From Perna viridis (taxonomy: Eukaryota), in NCBI GenBank assembly GCA_037379345.1, contig CM074514.1, positions 18,972,001 through 19,036,000 on the forward strand: a stretch of DNA of 64,000 nucleotides, in the 5' to 3' direction. The notes under the pieces are model-generated. The model did not search any database. It was not told the DNA's origin and saw only the letters and a list, made by a program, of their open reading frames with translations. Shown piece by piece: positions 49,696-61,560 of the stretch; position 1 is the first letter of the stretch; each line of letters opens with the position of its first letter. The position numbers and the translations under genes were made by a program.

Positions 49696-51877
49696 CTTTC
49701 CAGGTGTTCCTCTTGTCCGTAATATTTTATTGTTTTTCTCGGGCGTGAGGATGTATAGACATGCTCAAGTGGCGGGAGCTGACAAGATGAAAACAGGAGT
49801 TATAACCCTAGATTACTTCAATGGATCATATTTTACACCATCCAGTGGTACCACAACATGGTGGGGAGAATTTAGGCGAGGCTTCCTCTTGTTACCAAGA
49901 TAGCCGGTTCATTACTGTTACCTGTTCTGAATTCATATCGTGTACCCTTCAAACGGGGTATGGGAGAAAAGCTTGAAAAATGTGGTCCAGTGAAGTCGTG
50001 GGTTGTCACCCCAGTTCTTTCTGTAGGGCAACACAGAAGAATTTGTTCTACTGTTACCAGTTGAACACCTACCAGCCCTTTGATTCTTGGGGGTTTGTAA
50101 AATTTGTCATCTTGTCAGTTCCCGCCTTAATTATATTTCTGCGGCCAATGTCGTCTTGCATTTATTTGGGTCCTTTATTAAGTTTCTGGCAATAATTCAT
50201 CTCCATAATATTCTATTATTTCTCCAAATAAAATTAAGATCTAGTCTTCAAATGAGAGATGGTTTGAGAGACTCCTTTTTGGATGTTTAGTACTAGGTTA
50301 TAATTTGCGGAATGAAGTTCTTGCAGTAATGTGCCAAGACGCATTAAATGTGCTAAGCATGTTCCATTTAATATAATTATCAGTCAAAATATCCTTCCTA
50401 TCATCAATATTTTATGACTAATAAACAGGAAGTGGAGAGCAGTCATTCAACCAAGGAAAATTTGACTGGAACATTCAACTTGATAATAAGTGTCTTTTTT
50501 AAAAAAATATTAGTATGTTGATCAAGGATTATTTTCTTAAGCTAAAGGTAGTTCCATTTAAGTATAATTACAGTGTAGAATAATACTCTGTTGAAATACT
50601 TTTGAATGTGAATCCAAATTAACTTTGGTGAAACAGAACAAAATTTGTAAATGCGTGTGATGTTGGATACTGTATTACTATCGATAACAGTTTTTACTTA
50701 AGAAATCGTTAGTTCAGTTTGTACACAATAGGCAAATCAGTTCTAAATAATATGGGAACTGCTAGTGTATGATTATAGTTTTATTTTTACATCATGTAAT
50801 CTTTCATATTTTGTCAATGCTACAATTTTCACTTAAATAAAAAACATTGCTAACAGCACTTTTATTTTAATGAAGTACACCAAACAAGCCTTTTACATTT
50901 ACACAGTATCTTAGCTTTCAATTGAGTCCACGTAATAAGTATTCGAACTACGTCAAGTCCGTTTTAGTGCAAAAATTGCCCACTTCATGTCCGGATAATA
51001 ACTTGATTATGAGTGTATGTATCTATTGTTATTATACCACAAGGTGTTATACTACAAAAGGAATTTCGTGACGTCCGGACAAAGACTTTAGTATAAGGGA
51101 ATGAATTTCTTTAAAATGGTACCATTGCGGACCATACTACCAAAGGGGGTCGTTCATTGGTTTTGGGAGTATTACTTGAATCGTTTATAAATTAGTGACA
51201 AAAAGACATGTCCATGATGTCCAGGCAATAACTTGATTAACTGTGTATGGATCCCTTTGAAGAAGGCTTGGTTTGATTTTTTTGGTGTTTTGACTGGAAG
51301 TGATAAGTTCTGACTATGAATTTGTTAAAAGAGCACCAGAAGTATCAATTGTGATAGTACTAAACAGAAAATATCAAATAAGCATTTTTTGAATGAAGCA
51401 TAAATACCGAAAAATATATCAATTTAAGGGATTTGTGGGGTAAGGGTAAATAATTTTGGTTACCTAATGGTAAAATATGCGGAATTTTTGTAAAACAACA
51501 CATTATAACAACTGTCACTCTGGCATTTAAATGCGTTGTGGTTGATTTCTTTTAGATGGGTTTTCAATTCATCGTGGGGTAAAGTAGTATGTAATGTTGA
51601 AAAGTCTAAACTTTTAATTGAATTAACTTCAGCGAGATAGCGAGATTTAAGATTAACTAAGAGATCTTTAGAGTTTTGGAGAATTCACATATGGTTAATA
51701 CCACTATTCGATCAAGCAGTTTCGCACTTGTTTGTCCTTCCTTCATGGCGAAAAAAAATCTTGGTCAGAAGTACATACAACTATTTTGTTGAATAACTAT
51801 ACGCTCCTGCTATATACCTTTGTAAGGATCAACATGAAGTTTTGGAATCCTATACAAATAAGAATAGAGTCGTCACA

Positions 51878-52310
51878 TTATATATATATATATTCCCGCG
51901 GAGGGAAGGAGCAGTGTAGCGAATATAGTCGTCACATTCTGAGACGTTTGTATAATATTGATTTGTGTGACATGCATCATTAATTTGATCCTCTATCCTA
52001 CATAATAATACCTAAATGAACTGTCCCGTACTACCATACATTGTGTACTAAGTTACAGCCCTAGATTAATCCTACGAGGAGGAATGACCCGGCAAGCGAA
52101 AGCTATATTTTTATATAGCCTAGCTGGCCGAGTAGTCTATGGCGCTGGACTTAGTGTAGGCGGTGTTGCCATAGATGTCACAGCGGTACGAATTCGAGTC
52201 CAGCGGAAGGAACGACCAAAAATTTTAATCGCAAATTTGTCAGTTCTAACATCGTTGGGAATTTTTCAGACCTTTCTATATATAATATAGAATGTTATAT
52301 ATATATACTA
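51878..52310 (+). mobile_element. TA-flanked repeat with internal tRNA-like segment, copy B
   Basis: (TA)n at both ends; 'gcctagctggccgagtagtctatggcgctggacttag..gaattcgagtcc' resembles a Leu/Ser-type tRNA. Confidence 0.75.
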
Positions 52311-52689
52311 AGTCCTCGGAAGTGGTTTCCCTTTCCCTTTTTTTGCTGGGGACCATGGAATCGATTACCAGCCAATACTGTTGTGAAGTTTGTCGAATGC
52401 ACCGTGCTCTTTTTGTCCCCAAGTGAAAAAAAAACGATGATATATTGAGAAATAGCTAGTTTAGCTAAGGGATGTCGCCAGAACAATATGTAGACTCTTA
52501 AGGCAGGGAAAGTGTAGCTTTGTTAGTTGAATACTCGTTTCGCTTATGTTTTCCGTATAGCACTGTGAAATTTGTCATTCACCGTTACAAAGAAAATGAG
52601 GCAAATTGGTTTTTTGATGAATGTTAGTTTTAATATTTTTTTCTGTTTACATTTAATTTCCAAGGACTGTATAATACTTTTAGGCCACA

Positions 52690-54885
52690 ATTAGTCCTCC
52701 AATCTTATGATTTATGCCTGTCGGCTCTTGCAAAGATCATGGGTAACCTACAAATGCCCTCTTTCTTCATCGGTTTTGGACACTGTGAACAAGCGCACTC
52801 CAAGTATAGTCTATCTGCCTTATCTCAATTTCTAATGAAACAATCCAGGTTTTTGGGTTCTGGACCCGGATAGTTTTCTCTGTGGATTCCATTGAAGGGA
52901 ATGTCTTGTGATTTTATCTAGGACTCTTTTACGGTATGTCCTATCCAGGTGGACTTTCCTTTTCGGTTCTGCTTTGAAGGTGGAAGTTATTTCGAGTCTT
53001 GCCAGAAAATTTGCTGCATGTATTACTGTTTTTCTCAGACATCGGTTGATAATGATTGTATCATTATTGATTTAGGTAAATGATAATGATTGAATTTATT
53101 GACTTAGGTAAAAGAGGCCTGTTCTTGGTTGATGTTTAAATCTCTCTTGCATTCCATTTCTTCTTTAACATCTTGAAGCTGTTCTGGGTTTCTCTGTATT
53201 CACTTTGGTGTCCCTATTTGTGTCTCCTAGTGTATCAACGATAATTCCTAGATAAGCGAATTTCATTTACCTCATCCAGTACACCACTTCTTACAAAGTG
53301 GGTTCGATTAATTCATTTGCACATCTGCTGCTGCCGATTTTGGAACATTGCTGTTTGATCCTGCATCTGGCTGTGTTTGTGTTATGCCCTCAGGAGATTT
53401 CTTCATTGCACAATCAATGGTAATCGAAAAGAAGAAAGGTGATAAATGATGCTGCCCTGTATATCTCCTGTGAGGATCTGACATTTTTGTTGCATCTCTT
53501 TCATGCAATACTCGGCACGCCATTCTATCACTGGTGGCTTTCACATTAGAGATGATGTGCTTGTCTGGTACCTTATAGTGCCTGGTGATTTTACACAGCG
53601 AGTCTCTGTCTACACTGTTGAAACCAACTTCTCGAAGCTTGTTGGTAATGTTGATGGCCCCCTGATGCCTTTATTCACTCAAGCTATATAGGTTAAAGAT
53701 AGCAGCATGATACCCATGTAGTTCTTTCAAAGTCTGAGGTTCCCATTCTTTGGTACTTTATGATAAAGCCTTTTTTCCTGTCAACTGGTATTTCTTCGTC
53801 CTGCCAAATCTGTTGTAATAAAGGAATGCGGATCTTCACTGATATTTCGAGTGCTGATTTCAATAATTTTGTTGCAGGTATACAATCTGATCCTCTATAA
53901 CGTCCATTTGTCGGTGGATCTTGGAAGATGTTAAAAACTTGTTTTGATTATGGGATCTCAACATACCTTTCTGGAAAAGTGTTTTTTCTAAAGTTCCTCA
54001 AAGAGTTGGCATTCTTTCCGTCCGTTTATTTTCTTTTTCTTTTCTTTTTCTTTTTGTTTTTTTTTTTTTTTGTTTTTGTTCCTCGACTGTTGTTTGGATG
54101 TAACCACTTTAATCTCTCATCGGTTTTCTGTGACCATTTTCTTTCTATATATCAGTCTAGTGATGTTGTAAAGCTCTTTCATGTTGCGATGTTATGCTGA
54201 ACTTTCTGACTCATTCATAAGATCTTCAAAATATGTATTTTATCCACTCACACGACGCTTAACTTCCTAATGCTTTGTCTTGTACTCTTCACGTAGTGAA
54301 GTTTTTATCTTGCAGGGACACCTAGCAACTTTCATGTATGCCATCTAATATTGTTTGCTTTGCCCTTGGGTTGATTTTCTTTTTCTTCCATCCAACGTTC
54401 CCATCCAAAGATGTTATGAATGCCTCCTTGGCAATATTCCGTTTGACCTCGATTGAACTATCGCTATTTGCTCTGCCATCACGCACAATCTTCCGTTTAT
54501 AATTCTGTTTAGTAATCTTATGTTTAAGAGATTCCACATTGTATTTCTGTCTCGCTCTAGTACCAGTATTGTCATGTTTTAAGTTTACTAAAATGGTGGT
54601 TTGAAACAGAATCTGCTACACACTTTACGCTTGATATTGTGTCGATGCAGATATTGTCAATTTGGTTGTTGGTTACCTTGTCTGAAAATACCCATGCCGT
54701 TTCATGGCTCTCTTTGCAATAATTGTATACCAATTACTAAGCTGTTGCTTGAACAGAAATCTGTCAGACGTTATCCATTTTATTCATAGCGATAATTTTA
54801 CTCCTTTGATGGCACATTATTATCAATTTTTTAACTTTCAACTTTACCATTAAAATCACCTATCAGAAGTACAACCTTGTTCTCT
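52690..54885 (-). mobile_element. Decayed RTE-clade LINE
   Basis: Minus-strand remnants 'VLLIGDFNGKV' (APE, ~54850), 'IEVKRNIAK' (linker), 'RVLHE..LSPFFFSITIDCAMKK' (RT); many frameshifts. Confidence 0.72.
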
Positions 54886-55583
54886 CGATACATACTATAT
54901 CATATTTATTCATGTAAACCCATGCGTGCAGTAGTCAAAAGACTATTATAAGGTGAAAATATTGAAACTGAAGGTCTTAGACTTCTAGCAAATTGTTCTA
55001 GGACAAAATTGCCATAGGGTCATTATAAATCGCACTCGGGTACAATTGATAGAAAATAAATCTATAATAACATATTTTAAAAGATGTTGATTTAAAATCT
55101 TTGTTACTAGTTTAAAAAAAGATCAATAGCGAAAATCTCTTGACATGCCTCAGGTTATATTTTTTTTTGTGTGTGTCTTAATCATGAATTCATTACGGTG
55201 AAATCTAAAACAGAACGGATTGTGAATAATGTGCTATGTGATGAAACATATTTTTTTCATCACTTCTTTTGAGGTCCGATGTTAGCATGTCAATGACTAC
55301 TATATTCTTCTTTGTTTTTTTTAAATAATCTAACATGAATCAAATTGATAAAATGTAATGAATTAACCCAAATCTATTTTATTTACTTTTTTTTTATAAC
55401 TGAATAATTTGAATTGAATTGCAATAAACTAAATTGAGTGTTTGTTCAAATAAAATAAATCAAAATATTATAAAAAAGACGCTTAAATCAAGATGTCCAT
55501 GTCTACTTCTAAGCAACTGATATAAGGCCCGTTTACGCTTCCATATAAGGTGGATTTTAATTGAATTTAAACTAAGAAGTGAT

Positions 55584-55843
55584 CAGGCGCCTAACTGCCG
55601 TTAGGCAAAAAAGCTGTTGCCTGCACTTAATTTTGCCAATTTTTTTTTTTTTTTTTGGAGATAAAATACATCTAGGAGAGGCATAAATGATGTTCTAAAA
55701 CGCTATCTCCGCGGAGCTTCGGGGGGAGCCCCCCTGGACTCCCTACCAGGGCTCCGCCCTGGACCTGCTGGGGCCATAAGCGGCCTCCAGACCCCCTGCC
55801 GTAATTTTGCCTACACTTCAATTTGGCCTCAGCTACGCGCCTG
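55584..55843. mobile_element. GC-rich MITE with 5-bp TSD
   Basis: TIR caggcgcctaactg / cagctacgcgcctg; TSD gtgat at 55579-55583 and 55844-55848. Confidence 0.85.
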
Positions 55844-55987
55844 GTGATGATGTATTCATGAGGTATGAAAATGTAAAAAAAACTTCGAATTCAGAATTAA
55901 ACTAATACTTATCATCCCAAAACATAAAGATTGTGTTGTAAATTGTTCATTTTTAACTTTTTTTAAAGGTCTTATTCTATACATAAA

Positions 55988-56190
55988 TAGTTTTATGGTC
56001 GTCATCATGAACTCGTGGATAGTTATGGTGTATCCTTCAGCGCCATGAAAACTGATTTGTTCAACGTGTCATAGTTTTCCCTTCCTCTTTCGTCTACCAC
56101 GGACTTGACATTTTTATGAACAACTCGGCAGGTGTTTCTAGAATAGCAGAGGATGCTTACCCTACCGATGCACCTGGTCCATGCTCCCAC
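55988..56190 (+). mobile_element. PLE fragment (RT C-terminus to mid 3' UTR)
   Basis: Similar to 32278-32480. Confidence 0.78.
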
Positions 56191-56995
56191 AAAAAAATAA
56201 CAATCACACAATTCCTGAGTGTTCATCATTTGAAATTCCTGATGTTCTACATACCTATTCCTCATTGTCAAACAAAAAATCGACAGATACTAATAATATA
56301 AATCTTAATATCTTGACACATCGCTTTTAAACGAAAATCATTATCACCGTCGCTACAATCATCACATGTACACGAGTACAATAGACAATCATTCAGAAAC
56401 TCATTAGTTCTATATTACAAATGTAATTTGTTTTATATACAGTTGGCATTTAAAAAAATATTTGAGAATACTTAAGAATTCTGCATTGCAGCACAATACT
56501 TCTTAAAATGTTGACACCCATGTATGGAAACACGTGCAGTTCACGTAAAACCGACATATGCATCATGTGCTTTTCAGTGATGAATTAAAGAATCTAGTCC
56601 GAATATGGAAAGGTGTAAAAAAAATCGTTTTAAAGAAGCGAGAAACAAACTAAAAGCATTTTTTCTTAAAGAAACATTAAGCACTTCGCAGTAAGTTGTA
56701 TATGAATTGGTATTACCAATACTGTTTTTATATCTTACCTTATTGAATCGAAATAGTTCAAAGTGTCTACTGTTCGTGTAAATTCGCGATCCTCTATTGA
56801 ATTTATAACAAAGAATTCGATATCTGCAGTAATTTACATTGGAACCTGCAATCATGTTATCATCTGGCTGAAGGGAAGAATTTTTCCCCAAATGGAACAT
56901 TTACCAGTATGAATATTCATTCTATCAATCATTCCAAAGAAAAAAAAAGAATCTTTTCTCCAACTTAATTTAAAAATCCAATGTTAAGAATACAA

Positions 56996-57065
56996 AAAAA
57001 TCTAATGATTTGTAACCTTGTTACAGTAAAAATCTAATGATTTGTAACCTTGTTACAGTAAAAAT
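56996..57065. repeat. Perfect 32-bp tandem duplication
   Basis: aaaaatctaatgatttgtaaccttgttacagt x2. Confidence 0.9.
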
Positions 57066-58772
57066 ATTTTTTGGAGTGAAGAAAGTATTAATAGAATATA
57101 AGTTTTGAATGTCACAGAAAATGATTTTTTCAACAATAAATTCATAAGTCACAACGATATGAAGATGTAAAGTTAAGATACATAGTATGTAAAATTATAA
57201 AAGGGCAGATGGGACTTGGGTACTTGGTTAATCAAAGTCTGATTTACTATAGTAGCTCCTTGTTTAATTTTTTGTTATCCATTGCCAAACTCAAATTTTG
57301 TAAACAATATGAGGAAAAGAATAAAACACGGGCGTTTCAGGTCTTAATGCAGCTAAACTAAAAAAAATGCGGCACATTTTCCGATCATAAAATTAATTTA
57401 AATATTCCTGTTAAAAACAAACCCAATGGAGAGGAAATCCGTGGACATAACAACACAACATCGTGAAAAGTAAAACTATTGAGGAAGAAATCCGCGTTGA
57501 CATAACAACGCGACACCGAGAAAGGTACAATAATTAAAAATTTTTAAAAAAGACAAAGCAACACCGAGAACACTAAGAGGACATCAAACGAAGGATAAAC
57601 CGTACAACACAAAAGAACTGAAATGTACACACTGGAAAACGAAAAACAATACTTCTACTTAATACCGGGAAAATTTGATTTATTAATTCGATTGGTAAAA
57701 TTGGTTATATTTAGTTCATCGTCCGAAAAAAAACTTAAAACCGTCATTAAGAACCAAAGCATCAACATTTTAGAAAAACAGTGGCAGAAGCTTTCGCGTT
57801 TGATGAATCTTTTAAATTATCTGTATTTTTTCGAAAATGGTTGGTCTTTTTCTTTTTCTTATTCATAAAATAAAACACCGTTACCATCAATAAATAGGAA
57901 GGGTTTGTCATTGCTACCTTTGAATTTAAAACTTTTACATGTTTTGATATAAAGCATGCTATATGTAGTTGTTACTGCTATATGCATACTACAAATAGTT
58001 CATCTGGTTTAGTCCAATCTCAGATTTTTTTTTATCCTTAATGCAACTGAAGAAAATGGCACATCACAATCCATTAAAGTAAAATACATAAAATATCTGT
58101 CAGTGGTAATTTTACTGAGCATTAAAGCAATTTCACCTCTTTATCGCAGGTTTTAATTCTTAATATAGTTCATATCAACATAAATCATCAATTCATATTT
58201 TGTAGGTTTCTTCATGTTCGGAAGGAAGTATATTCTCATACTATTCTAAAATAAGAGTAGGAACAAAATTACAGAACACTAATTTGATCCATAATCAATT
58301 CAAGTCCAAAATAAATCGGGCCAAATAGATATTACACCACTGGACCAGCTGGTACCGCAATCGTCCTGACTTGGTACAGGCATTTCAAACGAAATGGTGA
58401 ATTAAATCTAGGTTTTACAACGCGCTATACCTCCCTCTTCCATTGCAGTGTGAATATACCAGTGGTGATTTAATAGCATTTGCATGCTATTGTGTCATAA
58501 TCGGTAAATCAGTGGTCATATCAACACAAAGAACAATTTACAAAATTCAATTATTTTACTCCTTATTTTAGAAGAAACTGAGTATTTTTTAACCAAGGAC
58601 TGATATCTAAAAAATAATTGGTGAGAGACCTTTTGAGACGCATTTCCTCCTACCCCTGATTTAGGAGTCAGTTACGCAGATATTAATGGCGTTCAAGGAA
58701 ATCAGAGTAATTAGTTCTTGCTCGAGCGTAGCGAATCAATTGTGAAATATAAACACCATATGCAGAAGATGA

Positions 58773-60685
58773 TGGGATTTTCGATTTTTCGGTCAAAAGT
58801 TTAAAAAAAAAATCGACTTTTCAAGTTATTGCTCTACTAAAACGTCTAAAATTTGGTATCATTCGATAGACAATTTAATTTTCGACATGAATAAATCAGG
58901 AAAAACTAATTTTCAAGAAAGGATTTTCAAAAACTGTTGAACATATTACCCCTACCCCTAGGAAACTGGTCTCAGTATCAAACATAATTCTCATTCACAG
59001 CATACTGACATTGTAGAACTCATATTTTAGGTATTCATAATTAAGATAATGATGAACCTAACATGTCTGATCAATTCAGGCGCTTAGATTTTCTTTTTTT
59101 TTTTTTTTTTTTTTGGGGGGGGGTGACATTGCTTAAAGATCGGGAAAATGGGAATTTTCAGAATTTCAGAATTTTCTACTATATCACCCGATATTGTCTC
59201 TTTTCAGAATACCGTAGTTTAGACAAGCTTTTGTGTGATACGGTTCATTAATATAATGTCTAAGATTCAAAATGAGCCCAAGTAATAAATATTGATGAAC
59301 TTTTCCAAGTCAAGTTAGGTGGAAAATTGCCACCCCTACCCATGAAAAAAATGCCTCATGATGAACTAAAATGTTAATTTTTGGCATATTAACGGTAAAC
59401 AATAGACATGTTGGGTACTATTGTTTTAATTATCGATGTATTCAACATATTTTCTCATTTTAAGCGCGTATTTTCAGTTTTAATGGGACAATAATGAGTT
59501 TTCCATAAATGGGGAATTTTCGGAATTTCATATTTTCTTAAATTTTACCTATAATTGGAAATTTTTTTCATATACTGTACTTCAAAAAAGCTTTTGTATA
59601 TTCAAATACAATTATATAGTCTCTTAGCTTTCTAACGAACCCAAGTAAAAAATATTTGAACTTTTCAAAGTCCAAATAGGTGGAAAATTGCCACCCCTAC
59701 CCATGAGAAAAAATTCCTCAACATGAACTAAAATGTTAATATTTGGCATATTAGCGGTATACAATAGATTTTACAAAACGGTATACAATAGATTTTACAA
59801 AACGGTATACAAAACATTTTTTACTTGGGCTAGGTAGAAAGCTAAGACACTATTTAATTGTTTTGCATATACAAAAGCTTGTTTGAAGTACGGTATATGA
59901 AAGAAATTGCCAATTCTAGGTGAAATTAAAAAAATATATATATATGAAATTCTGAAAATTCCTCTTTTTATGAAAAACTCATTATTGTCACATAAAAACT
60001 GAAAAATACGCGCCTAAAATGAGGAAATATGTTGAATACATCGATAATTAAAACAATAGTACCCAACATGTCTATTGTATACCGTTTATATGCGAAAAAA
60101 TTAACATTTTAGTTCATGATTAGGTTTTTTTTCATAGGTAGGGGTGGCAATTTTTCACCTAACTTGACTTACAAAAGTTCAAATATTTATTACTTGGGGT
60201 AATTTTGAAGCTTAGACACTATATTAATATACTGTATCATAGATAAGCTTGATTGATCAACGGTATTCTGAAAAAAAAAAATCGAAATAACGGGTGATAT
60301 AGAAGAAATTCTGAAATTCTGAAAATTCCCATTTTTATGATTTTATAGTAATTATTATCCCAAAAAGAAAATCAAAACGCCTGAATTAATCAGATATATT
60401 ATGTTATCATGATCTAAATTATGAATACCAAAAATATGAGTTCTACAATGTCAGTATTCTGTGAATGAGAATTATGTTTAATACTGAGACCAGTTTCCTA
60501 GGGGTAGGGGTAATATGTTTTACAGTTTTTGAAAATCCTTTCTCGAAAATTAGTTTTTCCTGATTTATTCATGTCGAAAATTAAATTATCTATCGAATGA
60601 TACCAAATTTTAGACGTTTTAGTTGAGCAATAACTTGAAAAGTCGAATATTTGTGACTTTTGACCAAAAAATCGAAAATCCCATT
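58773..60685. mobile_element. Foldback-like long inverted repeat built of ~360-bp subunits
   Basis: Arm 58773-59652 is the reverse complement of 59817-60685; recurrent acccctaccc / gggtagggg motif. Confidence 0.88.
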
Positions 60686-61560
60686 TTTCGCATTTGTTGT
60701 TAAATTCTGACTACGAAAATCGCCAAAATTAATCAAAAGAACCCCAGAAGTACGAATTGTGATAATACGAAACAGAAAATACCAAATAAGTCATTTTTTA
60801 CTGAAGCATTAATAGTCTAGGGATTTTGACATTAAAAATATGTCGATTTCAGCGATTTTTCGGTGGGGTAGGGGTACATTTTTTTTTCATTTACCGCAAA
60901 ACCCTAACTGTCATCGCAACTTTCCTGGCACCATTGTAAAGCTGAGACATTGGGCTACATGATGATATATAAATATGTCAGTTTACTTCTTTCCGTATAA
61001 AGAAGCAGTTCGTAGAACCAAAAAACTTTTAAAAAGAATTTTGCCTCATCGAGGTATAAAAAATAGCCAAAAAAATACAAAAATGCTTCAGTTTATTTTT
61101 TTGGCAACAAAAAGATTCGTAAATGGGAGGTATAAGAGTACCTGAAAATCATATTTTGGTTGATGAGTAGGGGGTGCGCGGGGGTTATCTAAGCCCACGT
61201 ACTAATATCATTTCAGTTTTGTTCAACTTTTTCTTTTCAATTGTTAATTACACAGATTGTCTAATTTTTATTTATACCATTCAGTCAAGTGTATAAAAAT
61301 ACAAAATGGTTAAGTGCTAGTAGATACATATTGACGCTTCTAAATAGATCAAATCACCTTCATATTTATAACTACCTTGCAAGGTAGAATTACGCAGAAC
61401 CACGAAAAGCCCTCGGTTTAAGTTTAAAACCCCCATTTCTAAAAATAAATCAGCAATGCCTTGTACACTTAACAACTCAGTCATATCAGCGATCAGTTGA
61501 CTTCCTTCTTCATGGCCGTTCGGAACGTGATTCGTGGTTAACAGGAGACAGAGGATTACC

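Noticed and set aside
49456-49748. Hydrophobic ORFs (ESELLICFCYFVCMIL..), also at 35278 and 63739
   Set aside because: Translations of the T-rich 3' UTR of the repeated retroelement, not genes.
52118-52204. Functional tRNA gene
   Set aside because: Acceptor stem does not pair, variable region is irregular, and it lies within a dispersed repeat.
61512-61541. 9-codon uORF before the DUF3715 start
   Set aside because: TSS unknown and such short ORFs arise by chance; cannot be supported.
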